A DNA stretch of 64,000 bases from an uncultured Pseudomonadales bacterium. GTDB lineage: Bacteria; Pseudomonadota; Gammaproteobacteria; Pseudomonadales; JAUIET01. A program made the translations under genes and the position numbers. The notes beneath the pieces were generated by a model, which saw only the letters and a program-made list of their open reading frames with translations, was not told the origin of the DNA and made no database searches. Where the stretch lies: NCBI GenBank assembly GCA_964544755.1, contig CAZJDL010000002.1, forward strand, positions 2,470 to 66,469, given 5' to 3'. Within the stretch, counting starts at the first letter, position 1. Each line of letters begins with the position of its first letter. This document shows positions 1-9,059 of the stretch, one piece after another.

Positions 1-431
1 AAACCTTCGCGCAGCACTTTGATAATGGGGAGCCCCCCCGCTACCGCCGCTTCGAAAACCACTTGTACGCGCTGCTCCTCCGCCGCCGCAAAGAGTTCGT
101 TGCCATGCTCGGCAATCAAGGCTTTGTTCGCGGTAATCACGTGCTTGCCGTTGGCAATAGCCTGCAACACCAATTCTTTCGCCGGTTGCAACCCGCCGAT
201 CAACTCAACAACTATATCAACTTCGGGGTCGTTAACGACGGCAAATATATCACGGCTAACTTTAGTTGCTCCCACGTTGCAAGCCGGGTTGTCGCGCCGC
301 GCGCCAATATGGGTAATGTTGATTGCATGTCTGGCACGGGCCGCAAGTGTCGCCTGATTGCGCTCGATAACATTGAACACACCGCTACCTACGGTGCCCA
401 GACCACAAATACCAACATTGACAGCACGCAA
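1..431 (-). CDS. hom: homoserine dehydrogenase, N-terminal part (gene runs off window start)
   Basis: My reverse-strand translation from TTG at 431 reads (M)RAVNVGICGLGTVGSGVFNVIERN...DIVVELIGG...HVITANKALIAEHGNELF...VVFEAAVAGGLPIIKVLREG. This is the GxGxVG NAD-binding N-terminus typical of Hom. It is absent from the ORF track because it is truncated. The hom-dsbC-xerD order matches Pseudomonas. Confidence 0.85.
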   Translation of the reverse strand, partial: MRAVNVGICGLGTVGSGVFNVIERNQATLAARARHAINITHIGARRDNPACNVGATKVSRDIFAVVNDPEVDIVVELIGGLQPAKELVLQAIANGKHVITANKALIAEHGNELFAAAEEQRVQVVFEAAVAGGLPIIKVLREG

Positions 432-574
432 AACCGTTCTCCAAAAAATTCTTTAAACTTCCAAGCAGCCAAGCATACTATAGCGTTTCAACACGATAGG
501 AAACCGGAAGTCTACGACTTTTGCGTTTGCACTGTTATCCCAGGTATACGAAAGACTGCCGTTATATTGTAGTG

Positions 575-770
575 ACTAGTGTGGTGCCTCGGATGGAGTC
601 AGGATGGACTCATGCACGATGGATGCACAGGATGTGCAAGTGTCGCGGGAGACACGACTGCATGGACACGGGAGGTAGAGCAGTGCCGGGAGCAATTGCC
701 GAGGAAGCCGCTAGCGACCGAACTCAGGAGCGCAAAAACAGTACGCGACCTGTGCGGCTAACCACTGAAA
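575..770 (+). ncRNA. candidate CsrA/RsmA-sequestering sRNA (CsrB/RsmY/RsmZ-like); ends uncertain
   Basis: 12 GGA triplets lie in 591-729 (139 nt; about 2 expected by chance). Several sit in hairpin loops: GAGTC-AGGATG-GACTC (596-611), TGCAC-AGGAT-GTGCA (624-638), GTGTC-GCGGGA-GACAC (640-655), and ACTGC...GCAGT (657-684) with two GGA in its loop. The motif CACAGGATGTG matches the CsrA SELEX consensus ACARGGAUGU. A TATATT -10 lies at 563-568. There is no convincing ORF. A 7-bp hairpin at 744-770 is a possible 3' end. Confidence 0.45.
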
Positions 771-774
771 ACGC

Positions 775-1512
775 TTAGCCGGGAGTGACTCCCAGCGCTT
801 TCGCCAGCTCAGCCGCCGGCAGATAACCTGGCAACATTTTACCGTCACCGGTAATCAAAGCCGGGGTGCCATTAACGCCCAGTTGTTGCCCCAATTCATA
901 TTGGGCGGCAACCGCGTTGTTTCCGCAGGTTTGCATGGCCACTTGCTCACGGTTCTTCAGCTGTGTTAGCACGCTGCTGGAATCATCGGCGCACCAGGCT
1001 GTGACCAATTTATCGTATGCGGGCGAATCCACGCCCGCGCGGGGAAAGGCCAGATATCTGACTTCGATACCCATCTTATTCAACGCGGGTACTTCCTGAT
1101 GCAGTTTCTGACAGTAACCACAATCGATATCGGTGAATACGGTGACAACGGCTTTGGTGGTTTCCGGCTTGAAGATAATCATATCGCTGGGCTTCACCTT
1201 GGCGAGTTCAACCAGGCGATCTTTTTCACGCTGTTCCTCGGCCAGATTGACGATACCGTCGGCGCGCACCGCAAATAAATCACCGGCGATGAAAAAAGTG
1301 CCATCGGCGGCGGAATACAGCGTGGGCCCATTCAGAATTTTGACTTCGTAAATACCCGGCATGCGGCTTTCTTGTACACTGCTGACGACTAAATCAGGGC
1401 GCGCGCCGGTAATGCTTTTCTTGATTGCCTGCGCAGGCGACGGCTCCGCGCTCGCTGTTGATATAACGAGCAACACACACAAGAAACTCAAACTTCGCAC
1501 TATAGCCTGCAT
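775..1512 (-). CDS. dsbC: thiol:disulfide interchange protein DsbC
   Basis: CGYC active site (DIDCGYCQKLH) and thioredoxin-fold C-terminus. Signal peptide MQAIVRSLSFLCVLLVISTASA. The start was moved to the internal ATG at 1512, which is preceded by GAGGG. The ORF-track start at 1575 is probably over-extended. Confidence 0.9.
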   Translation of the reverse strand: MQAIVRSLSFLCVLLVISTASAEPSPAQAIKKSITGARPDLVVSSVQESRMPGIYEVKILNGPTLYSAADGTFFIAGDLFAVRADGIVNLAEEQREKDRLVELAKVKPSDMIIFKPETTKAVVTVFTDIDCGYCQKLHQEVPALNKMGIEVRYLAFPRAGVDSPAYDKLVTAWCADDSSSVLTQLKNREQVAMQTCGNNAVAAQYELGQQLGVNGTPALITGDGKMLPGYLPAAELAKALGVTPG

Positions 1513-1596
1513 AACACCCTCTATATTTTTCATAATAATACTACTGTAGTCACCATTAGTGGCTTTTACTACCAATTGGTTCAGATCGTGTACTCA

Positions 1597-2484
1597 CTAA
1601 CCGCGCGGATGATGCACAGCATGCAGATCGTGCAAGCGCTGGTTGGCGATATGTGTGTATATCTGTGTGGTCGACAAGTCACTATGACCAAGCAACAGCT
1701 GCACAACCCGCAAGTCGGCGCCATGATTGAGCAAGTGTGTTGCAAATGCATGGCGCAAGGTATGCGGCGACAGCGCTGCTGCGATACCAGCCCGTGTGGC
1801 ATACAGCTTGATACGATGCCAAAACGTTTGCCGGGTCATGGCGCGACCTCGGCGGCTGGGAAATACCGCGTCGCACAACTTTCCATCGAGTAATTCGGCA
1901 CGCCCGCTGCGCAGAAACGACTCCAGCCAACGCTGCGCTTCAGCGTGCATCGGCACCAGCCGTTCCTTGCTGCCCTTGCCCATCACGCGCACCACGCCCT
2001 GGGTTAAACTCACTTGCGTTGTTCGTAATTCAACCAGCTCGCTAACACGTAAACCGCAGGCGTACAGCAACTCTAGCATTGCCTTATCGCGCAGTTCGAC
2101 CGCGCTTTCTGCGTGCTGTGGCGCTTGCAACAACGCCTCGACATCGGCTTCGGTTAAAGATTTGGGTAGCGGTCGCGGCAGGCGTGGACTGTCAATATTG
2201 AGCGTCGGGTCAATATTAATGCAGCCAGTACGCAGTTGGTAGCGATAAAAACCGCGCAAACATGACAGCTGGCGTGCGGACGAGCGTGCCGACTGGTTGT
2301 GCCGCGCGCAGTGAGCAAAAAAATCCATGATGTCTTGCTGGAGGGCTTCAAGTAAGGCGCTGTGACCTAGCTGCAACCATTTACCGAACGTCTGCAGGTC
2401 ACGCCGGTAGGCCTGTATGGTGTTCAGGCTCAGGCCTTTTTCGACCCACAGCGCGTCGAGATACCGGTCAATCGTCGCATGCAT
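1597..2484 (-). CDS. xerD: site-specific tyrosine recombinase XerD
   Basis: 295 aa. C-terminal catalytic motifs LRHAFATHLLNHGADLRVVQLLLGHSDLSTTQIYTH. Core-binding N-terminus with DRYLDALWVEKGLS. Confidence 0.92.
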   Translation of the reverse strand: MHATIDRYLDALWVEKGLSLNTIQAYRRDLQTFGKWLQLGHSALLEALQQDIMDFFAHCARHNQSARSSARQLSCLRGFYRYQLRTGCINIDPTLNIDSPRLPRPLPKSLTEADVEALLQAPQHAESAVELRDKAMLELLYACGLRVSELVELRTTQVSLTQGVVRVMGKGSKERLVPMHAEAQRWLESFLRSGRAELLDGKLCDAVFPSRRGRAMTRQTFWHRIKLYATRAGIAAALSPHTLRHAFATHLLNHGADLRVVQLLLGHSDLSTTQIYTHIANQRLHDLHAVHHPRG

Positions 2485-2591
2485 TAGGTGCTATTTCTAA
2501 CGTGAAGCGCCGCGGGAGCAGTTGTCGAGCAGCCTTTTTCTCCACCCGTACATCTGGTACATAAAAACGGGTGGCAAAAGCCAGCGTTAGA

Positions 2592-2951
2592 TTACTTCGT
2601 CAGCTTTTCTTTAATGCGGGCGGCTTTACCGCTTAAGCCTCGCAGGTAATACAATTTTGCCTGGCGCACATCGCCTCGGCGCTTGACCTTGATGCTTTCC
2701 AGCAATGGACTGTAGGTTTGGAAGGTACGCTCTACACCGACGCCATGCGAAATCTTGCGCACAATGAAGGCCGAATTAAGACCGCGATTGCGGCGCCCGA
2801 TGACGACACCTTCGAACGCCTGCAGGCGTTCGCGGCCGCCTTCTTTAACGCGCACTTGCACAACAACGTTATCGCCCGGCGCAAAATCTGGTATCTCCTT
2901 GCCTGTTTGTTCCGCTTCCAGTTCGGCAATAATTTTGTTGCTGTTCATCAT
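2592..2951 (-). CDS. rplS: 50S ribosomal protein L19
   Basis: 119 aa with [32 protein letters not shown]. Last gene of the rpsP-rimM-trmD-rplS operon. Confidence 0.97.
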   Translation of the reverse strand: MMNSNKIIAELEAEQTGKEIPDFAPGDNVVVQVRVKEGGRERLQAFEGVVIGRRNRGLNSAFIVRKISHGVGVERTFQTYSPLLESIKVKRRGDVRQAKLYYLRGLSGKAARIKEKLTK

Positions 2952-2984
2952 GGGCTCCTCTTGCTCAATGTCTAATGGGGCTAA

Positions 2985-3743
2985 CTAACGTGTGTCTTGC
3001 TGCTCGCCGTGTTTTTCGCGCTGGTATTCAGCCAGCAATTCTTGTTGTTCCGGGTCAAGTTGCAATGCAGCCAGCAAATCCGGCCGCCGCTCCCATGTGC
3101 GACCCAGCGCTTGTTTCTGCCGCCAGCGCTGAATGGCTAAATGGTTGCCGCTGATTAGAACTGGCGGCACCGCTTGTCCTTCAAACTGTTGCGGCCGCGT
3201 GTAATGGGGGTAGTCCAGCAGGCCGTGCATAAAGGAATCCTGCTCAGCGGATTCCGCATCACCTAACGCTCCCGGCAATAAACGCGTGATCGCATCGATC
3301 ACCACCATGGCCGCCAGTTCGCCGCCGGACAAAACATAATCTCCCAGCGACCACTGCTCGTCAACTTCCTGTTCAATAATACGTTCGTCAATACCCTCGT
3401 AACGGCCCGCCAGCAAAATAAGCGGTTCACCGACGCTAAAGTCTCCCATCGCCTGCTGGCTCAGCCGTTTGCCCTGCGGTGACAAACACACCACTTTGGC
3501 ATCCACGCCGCTGTCGGCGCGTGCGCTTCGCAGTGCCCGCCGCAGCGGTTCCGGTTTGAGCACCATGCCAGGGCCGCCGCCGTAAGGTCGGTCATCGACC
3601 GTACGATGCCGATCTTCGGTAAACGACCGCAGATCGATCAAATTCAATGTCAGCAGGCCTTGTCGCAACGCCCTACCGCTAATGCCGTAGTCTGTTACCG
3701 CGGCAAACATCTCGGGGAAAAGCGTCACGACCGAGATATGCAT
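2985..3743 (-). CDS. trmD: tRNA (guanine37-N1)-methyltransferase
   Basis: 252 aa with [22 protein letters not shown] and [10 protein letters not shown] motifs. Confidence 0.97.
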   Translation of the reverse strand: MHISVVTLFPEMFAAVTDYGISGRALRQGLLTLNLIDLRSFTEDRHRTVDDRPYGGGPGMVLKPEPLRRALRSARADSGVDAKVVCLSPQGKRLSQQAMGDFSVGEPLILLAGRYEGIDERIIEQEVDEQWSLGDYVLSGGELAAMVVIDAITRLLPGALGDAESAEQDSFMHGLLDYPHYTRPQQFEGQAVPPVLISGNHLAIQRWRQKQALGRTWERRPDLLAALQLDPEQQELLAEYQREKHGEQQDTR

Positions 3744-3746
3744 GGC

Positions 3747-4262
3747 TTAAAATGCCGGATCCCAGTCGACCCGTAATTCCCCTGCGGCCAAGTCTACCGA
3801 TGTAACGACCTGACCGGGCAAGTACGGCAGCAAGCGTTCGCGGTCGTCAATACTGTTCTCGCAACTCACCACCACCAACACGTCGTTAGCGCCGGTCTCA
3901 AGCAGTTTGTCGACCCGGCCAAGTAACACACCGCCGCTGGTATAAACCTGCAGGCCCTGCAACTCGTGCCAGTAAAACTCGTCGGCCACGAGGTCGGGCA
4001 GTTCATCGCTGGCTATTCCAATATTATGTTGCGCCAGCGACTGTGCCTGGTCGCGGTCTTCGCAGCCTTTGACGTGCACCATGAGACGATCGCCGTGCCA
4101 TTTATGCTGATCGGCTTGCAGCGACCGCCAACCACTTGCGGTTTCGATATACCAGTGACGGTACTCGCTCAAGTTTTGTGGTGGCTCGGTAAACGATTGC
4201 ACCCGCAACCAACCTTGTACGCCAAACGCACCGACGATACGCCCTACCACCAGCTTTTCCAC
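3747..4262 (-). CDS. rimM: 16S rRNA processing protein RimM
   Basis: 171 aa with VVGRIVGAFGVQGWLRV (PRC barrel family). Operon position between rpsP and trmD. Confidence 0.93.
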   Translation of the reverse strand: MEKLVVGRIVGAFGVQGWLRVQSFTEPPQNLSEYRHWYIETASGWRSLQADQHKWHGDRLMVHVKGCEDRDQAQSLAQHNIGIASDELPDLVADEFYWHELQGLQVYTSGGVLLGRVDKLLETGANDVLVVVSCENSIDDRERLLPYLPGQVVTSVDLAAGELRVDWDPAF

Positions 4263-4307
4263 GTTAGACTTTGGGCAATGGCAAACCCGGCGTCACAGAA
4301 AACCCGT

Positions 4308-4592
4308 TTAGGCAGCCTGCTCCTGCGGGTCAGAATCTTGCGCTGGCTGTTGCTGCCCGGCGCCTTTGACCAGACTGGCGACGCGGGTCGAGAGCTGTGC
4401 GCCCTGGCCAACCCAATAATTGACGCGCTCCTGATCAAGACGCAGGCGTTCTTCATTACCGCGCGCAACAGGGTTAAAGAACCCAACGCGCTCAATGAAA
4501 CGACTGTCGCGCGCGCGGCGGCTGTCGGCCACAGTAATATGATAAAAAGGGCGTTTTTTCGCGCCGCCTCGGGACAGGCGTATTGTTACCAT
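4308..4592 (-). CDS. rpsP: 30S ribosomal protein S16
   Basis: [25 protein letters not shown] starts at the internal ATG at 4592. The 28 codons upstream in the ORF track are not S16-like. Confidence 0.95.
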   Translation of the reverse strand: MVTIRLSRGGAKKRPFYHITVADSRRARDSRFIERVGFFNPVARGNEERLRLDQERVNYWVGQGAQLSTRVASLVKGAGQQQPAQDSDPQEQAA

Positions 4593-4733
4593 GCTGATAC
4601 TCTGCTTGTGGGTCAAAGGGAGCGGTTTTTGAGCGAACCGCCCGCTGTAAAGGCGCAGCATTGTACGGCAATCCACCGAGCTTTAAAACCGCTTTATGCA
4701 GGTCTCGCGCGTGCGATCGATCACTTTGTACGC

Positions 4734-6104
4734 TTAACGGCCAGGGACGCCGCCACCGGGTGGAAACATGCCGCCCATGCCACGCATCAGATTCGCCACA
4801 CCACCCTTGCGGCCCATTTTTTTCATCATTTTCTGCATCTGCTTGTGTTGCTTGAGCAGGCGGTTAAGATCCTGTACTTTTGTGCCGGAGCCTCGCGTGA
4901 TGCGTCGTTTGCGCGAGCCGTTGAGCACCTCCGGGCGACGCCGCTCAGCCGGCGTCATCGAATTGATGATGGCCTCCATTTGGCTGAACATGTTACCGTC
5001 AATTTGCGTTTGCGCTGCCTGACTCAAGCCGCTCATGCCGGGCAGCTTGTCGAGCATGCTGCTAATGCCGCCCATATTCGTCATTTGCTGTAACTGGTCG
5101 CGAAAATCTTCCAGGTCGAAGCGTTTGCCTTTCTGGATTTTCTTTGCCAACTTGTCGGCTTTTTTCTTGTCGATCTTACGTTCAGCGTCTTCGATCAGCG
5201 ACATCACGTCGCCCATGCCGAGAATGCGCGATGCAATACGCTCCGGATGGAACGATTCCAGCGCCGCCACTTTCTCCCCGACACCCATAAACTTGATCGG
5301 TTTGCCGGTAATGCTGCGCACCGACAGAGCCGCGCCACCGCGGGTGTCAGCGTCGGCCTTGGTCAGGATCACACCGGTTAGCGGCAACGCTTCGCCAAAC
5401 GCTTTGGCCGCATTGGCCGCGTCCTGGCCGGTCATAGCATCAACCACAAACAGCGTCTCGGCGGGATTTATCGCACTCTGCACCGCTTGAATTTCAGCCA
5501 TCATGGCGGCATCGACATGCAAGCGGCCGGCCGTGTCGACGATGACCACATCGATAAACTTGAGCTTGGCGTGTTCGATGGCAGCCTTGGCGATTGCGGC
5601 CGGCTGCTGCTCGGTCTGGCTGGGGAAGAAATGAGCGCCGACTTCAGCCGCCAGTATTTCCAGCTGTTGAATGGCGGCAGGACGATACACGTCGGCGCTG
5701 ACCAGCAGCACCGATTTTTTCATCTCTTGCTGCAGCCAACGCGCCAGCTTGGCTGTCGATGTGGTTTTACCCGCGCCTTGCAGACCTGCAACCAAAATGA
5801 CCGCCGGCGGTTGTACGGCCAGATCCAACCCCGGATTGGCGCCACCCATGACCTGTTCCAGCTCGGCCTGGACGATTTTCAGAAAGGCCTGGCCGGGGCT
5901 GAGACTGCTGGCGACTTCTTGCCCGAGTGCGCGCTGTTTCACCGCCTCAACAAAAGTTTTGACCGCCGGCAACGCGACATCCGCCTCGAGCAACGCGAGC
6001 CGCACCTCACGCAGCGTGCCGCCGATGTTTTCTTCGGTCAAACGCGCCTGGCCGGAAATCTTTTTCAACGACTGGGTCAAGCGTTCGGTCAGATTTTCAA
6101 ACAT
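4734..6104 (-). CDS. ffh: signal recognition particle protein Ffh
   Basis: 456 aa. GTPase motifs GLQGAGKTT and DTAGR. Met-rich M domain at the C-terminus (KQMQKMMKKMGRKGG). Confidence 0.97.
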   Translation of the reverse strand: MFENLTERLTQSLKKISGQARLTEENIGGTLREVRLALLEADVALPAVKTFVEAVKQRALGQEVASSLSPGQAFLKIVQAELEQVMGGANPGLDLAVQPPAVILVAGLQGAGKTTSTAKLARWLQQEMKKSVLLVSADVYRPAAIQQLEILAAEVGAHFFPSQTEQQPAAIAKAAIEHAKLKFIDVVIVDTAGRLHVDAAMMAEIQAVQSAINPAETLFVVDAMTGQDAANAAKAFGEALPLTGVILTKADADTRGGAALSVRSITGKPIKFMGVGEKVAALESFHPERIASRILGMGDVMSLIEDAERKIDKKKADKLAKKIQKGKRFDLEDFRDQLQQMTNMGGISSMLDKLPGMSGLSQAAQTQIDGNMFSQMEAIINSMTPAERRRPEVLNGSRKRRITRGSGTKVQDLNRLLKQHKQMQKMMKKMGRKGGVANLMRGMGGMFPPGGGVPGR

Positions 6105-6166
6105 GGTGAAGAGTTCTCTGCAGGCTTAGGGCGACACTAGTATACCGAAGCGGCCCTGGCCTTGCA

Positions 6167-6195
6167 TTGCTGGCAATCAAGCGTGCCCGTATAAT
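6167..6195 (+). promoter_or_regulatory. sigma70-like promoter (TTGCTG-17 nt-TATAAT) immediately upstream of the ypjD-like gene
   Basis: -35 at 6167-6172 and a perfect -10 at 6190-6195. Only 6 nt separate the -10 from the ATG at 6202, and no SD is present. Confidence 0.4.
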
Positions 6196-6201
6196 CGTCG
6201 C

Positions 6202-7011
6202 ATGCTTATCACCGCCAGTGTCGTTGCAATTCTCGCCTATCTTGCGACGGCGGGCACGCTATTCAACTACGCGCGCAAAACGCCCGCAGTGGCCGCGCCG
6301 CGGCGCCTTATCAGCGCACTTATCGCCTGCGGCATTGTCGCGCACACCATCAGCACTTATCTCAATATTGCCACCGCGCGGGGTCTTGATTTCGGGTTTT
6401 ACCACGCCTCCTCGCTGGTGTTTTGCTTCATTTGCTGCCTCGCCCTGATCACCTATCTGCGCCGCAAGCCAATCGACCGACTGCTGTTGTTGCTGCTTCC
6501 GCTGGCGGCTTTGGCGGTCGCGGGTTCCATTTTGCTCAGCAGCGCGTACACACCGCAGGACGATATTGACGGCGGCATTGTCACCCACATCGTGCTATCA
6601 ATGCTTGCCTACAGCGTGCTCACCTTCGCCGCATTGCAAGCGCTGCTGCTCGGCTTGCAGGTGCGCGAACTCAAGCACAAGCGCACGCGTGGCTTGATTG
6701 ACGCTTTGCCTCCCCTGCAAACCATGGAACAACTACTGTTTGAGCTGATCGGGATCGGCTTCATTCTACTCAGCCTGTCGATTTTGTCGGGCGTCATTTT
6801 TCTGCAAGATATTTTTGCCCAGCATTTAGTGCACAAAACGACGTTTTCGATCTGTGCCTGGGTTATCTTCGCTATGCTGCTCTGCGGCCGCACCTATTTT
6901 GGCTGGCGCGGCAAGGCCGCGGTGCGCTGGACGTTGATCGGTTTTGCGCTGCTTATGGTCGGTTACTTTGGCAGCAAAGCGGTACTTGAACTGATATTGC
7001 AGCGCGTGTAA
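6202..7011 (+). CDS. inner-membrane CcsA/ResC-like cytochrome c assembly family protein (YpjD-like)
   Basis: 269 aa, polytopic and hydrophobic. Divergent from ffh as in E. coli (ffh/ypjD/yfjD). Confidence 0.7.
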   Translation: MLITASVVAILAYLATAGTLFNYARKTPAVAAPRRLISALIACGIVAHTISTYLNIATARGLDFGFYHASSLVFCFICCLALITYLRRKPIDRLLLLLLPLAALAVAGSILLSSAYTPQDDIDGGIVTHIVLSMLAYSVLTFAALQALLLGLQVRELKHKRTRGLIDALPPLQTMEQLLFELIGIGFILLSLSILSGVIFLQDIFAQHLVHKTTFSICAWVIFAMLLCGRTYFGWRGKAAVRWTLIGFALLMVGYFGSKAVLELILQRV

Positions 7012-7091
7012 TGTAGCGCCGCCCCCGCCTTGCTATGCGCCACAATTTTCTGCAAGATAACCTGCCCTGATAATAGGAGACCAACCCCTCT

Positions 7092-8363
7092 TTGAATGAT
7101 GCCCCCCTGAGCCTGTTATACGGCTTATTGATACTATTACTTGCGTTGTCAGCCTTTTTCTCAAGCTCGGAAACCGGCATGATGTCGCTCAACCGCTACC
7201 GGTTAAAGCACCTCAAACAAACCAACCATGCCGGTGCACGCCGCGCCAGCCGCCTGCTCAAACGCCCTGACCGATTGCTCAGCCTGATTCTCATCGGCAA
7301 CAATCTGGTGAACTTTACCGCGTCGGCTATCGTTACCGTGATCGGCTTTCGTCTGCTGGGTGACGCCGGCATTGCGATCGCAACACTGATTTTTACGCTA
7401 ACCGTGTTGATTTTCGCCGAAATAACGCCCAAGACCTATGCCGCTCTGCATCCGGAGAAAGTCGCCTTTCCGGCCAGTAGAGTGCTCAAGCCGCTGATGA
7501 AATTATTCCACCCGGTCATCTGGCTGATAAATATCTTCACCAATAAAATACTCAAAAGTTTCGGACTCGATCTCGATAAAAACCATGACGAGCAGCTAAG
7601 CACCGATGAACTGCGTACCATCGTTGGTGAAGCCGGCCCGCATATCCCCGCGCGACATCAAGCCATGCTGCTAAATATTCTCGACCTGGAACAGGTCAGC
7701 GTCGACCACATCATGATTCCGCGCAACGATATGTTTTGCCTGGACATGAACGAAGACGATGCCACGCTCATTGAAAAAGTTCGCAACTGCAATTTTACCC
7801 GCGTGCCGGTCATAGAAGGCGATCTGGACAAAATCGTTGGTATAGTCCATATGCGGCTGGCCAGTCGCTTTCTGGTGGACGGCACACTCAAGCGCGACGT
7901 AATGCTGGCCCATATGAGCGAACCATATTTCGTTCCAGAAGGCACCCCCCTGCACACGCAAATGTTTAATTTTCAGAAAAACAAACGTCGTATTGGGCTG
8001 GTGGTGGACGAGTACGGCGACATCCTGGGGCTGGTGACACTGGAAGACATACTGGAAGAAATTGTTGGCGAGTTCACCTCGAATATGCCCGAGCCGGCTG
8101 AAGAGATTTTTCCGCAGCACGACGGTTCTTATATGATCAACGCCACCATAACGGTTCGCGATATAAATAAAGCGTTAGACTGGGATTTGCCGGTAGACGG
8201 GCCGAAAACACTGAGTGGTTTAGTCATCGATCAGCTTGAAGCGTTTCCAGAAGCCAACGTGGGTATCAAGATTGACGGATACGCGATTGAAGTGCTAAAA
8301 ACCCGGGGTAAAATAATTCAGCGGGTACGCGTTACCGCGATGGCGACGGAGGAATTCGACTAA
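7092..8363 (+). CDS. HlyC/CorC (CNNM) family transporter, DUF21-CBS-CorC_HlyC (YfjD/CorB-like)
   Basis: 423 aa with a TTG start. TM N-terminus, CBS pair region, and C-terminal transporter-associated domain (GDILGLVTLEDILEEIVGEF). Confidence 0.85.
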   Translation: MNDAPLSLLYGLLILLLALSAFFSSSETGMMSLNRYRLKHLKQTNHAGARRASRLLKRPDRLLSLILIGNNLVNFTASAIVTVIGFRLLGDAGIAIATLIFTLTVLIFAEITPKTYAALHPEKVAFPASRVLKPLMKLFHPVIWLINIFTNKILKSFGLDLDKNHDEQLSTDELRTIVGEAGPHIPARHQAMLLNILDLEQVSVDHIMIPRNDMFCLDMNEDDATLIEKVRNCNFTRVPVIEGDLDKIVGIVHMRLASRFLVDGTLKRDVMLAHMSEPYFVPEGTPLHTQMFNFQKNKRRIGLVVDEYGDILGLVTLEDILEEIVGEFTSNMPEPAEEIFPQHDGSYMINATITVRDINKALDWDLPVDGPKTLSGLVIDQLEAFPEANVGIKIDGYAIEVLKTRGKIIQRVRVTAMATEEFD

Positions 8364-8538
8364 GCTGCATGCGCTCGCGGGTTAAACGTAAGATTTCGTA
8401 CTTTTTCGCGTTGCAAGCGCATGACCAGTTGCTGATTTCTTGCAGCGTACGATAACAACCCCTGCAAACGTCGTTCTGATCCAACGTGCACATGTTTACG
8501 CAGGGCGACGCAACTGTGCGGCTATTATTGGTCATCAA
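8332..8538 (-). CDS. DUF1289-type small Cys-rich protein
   Basis: 68 aa with SPCVNMCTLDQNDVCRGCYRTLQEISNW, the typical DUF1289 motif. Its 3' end overlaps the convergent transporter gene by 32 nt. Confidence 0.65.
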   Translation of the reverse strand: MMTNNSRTVASPCVNMCTLDQNDVCRGCYRTLQEISNWSCACNAKKYEILRLTRERMQLSRIPPSPSR

Positions 8539-9059
8539 GCGTCTTGCTGCAAATGCTGTAAAAACAACTGCGCATTTTGTATATAGTGATCGGCGCTATG
8601 CGTTAATGCCAGCTGCTGCTCGGCACTTAACTCGCGCTTAATCCGCGCCGGGGAACCAAGCGCCAGCGAACCGTCGGGCACTACCATGTTTTCCGGCACC
8701 AGGGCATTTGCTCCGATCAAGCAGTTTTTGCCAATCTTGGCGCCGTTCAGTACTACCGCACTGATGCCAATCAAGCTGTGATCACCGACGCTGCAACCAT
8801 GTAGCATCGCGTTGTGACCAACGGTAACCCCTTTACCAATGTGCAGCGGCGCACCAGGGTCAACATGCAAAATGGCGCCATCCTGAATATTGCTTCCGCT
8901 ATCGATATAGATCGTATCATGGTCGGCTCGCAACACAGCGTTAAACCAAATACTCACGTCGGCTTCCAAGGTGACGCTACCGATCAGCGCGGCATTGTGA
9001 GCAATGAAATGTGGGCCGCCATGCAACCGCACGCGCCGATCTTGCAGGCTGAAAATCAT
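8535..9059 (-). CDS. gamma-carbonic anhydrase family / hexapeptide-repeat protein (YrdA/PaaY-like)
   Basis: 174 aa with left-handed beta-helix repeats and His ligands (GDVTLEADVSIWFNAVLRAD..., HNAMLHGC). Confidence 0.85.
   Translation of the reverse strand: MIFSLQDRRVRLHGGPHFIAHNAALIGSVTLEADVSIWFNAVLRADHDTIYIDSGSNIQDGAILHVDPGAPLHIGKGVTVGHNAMLHGCSVGDHSLIGISAVVLNGAKIGKNCLIGANALVPENMVVPDGSLALGSPARIKRELSAEQQLALTHSADHYIQNAQLFLQHLQQDA

Noticed and set aside
575-770. Possibility that the structured hom-dsbC spacer is SRP (4.5S) RNA, a riboswitch (TPP, cobalamin, c-di-GMP, Mn) or a thr-type leader.
   Set aside because: A GUGCCGGGA stretch recalls 4.5S RNA, but the conserved GGAAGCAGCC domain IV core is absent. 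None of the riboswitch core consensus sequences I know are present. The repeated GGA-in-loop pattern fits a Csr/Rsm sponge better.
3966-5093. 375-aa plus-strand ORF spanning rimM, rpsP and ffh. Similar long ORFs occur at 5487-6140, 16163-16864, 21595-22488, 24054-24950, 33602-34219, 54977-55501, 58026-58541 and 59624-60154.
   Set aside because: All lie antisense to, or out of frame with, strongly supported conserved genes. Their composition is low-complexity and Arg/Ala/His-rich, as expected for shadow ORFs in GC-rich DNA. They have no RBS and no recognisable motifs.
8332-8363. 32-nt convergent overlap of the CorC-family gene and the DUF1289 gene, as a possible antisense regulatory arrangement.
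   Set aside because: Short 3'-3' overlaps are common in compact genomes. The DUF1289 C-terminal tail is probably non-conserved. There is nothing further to support regulation.
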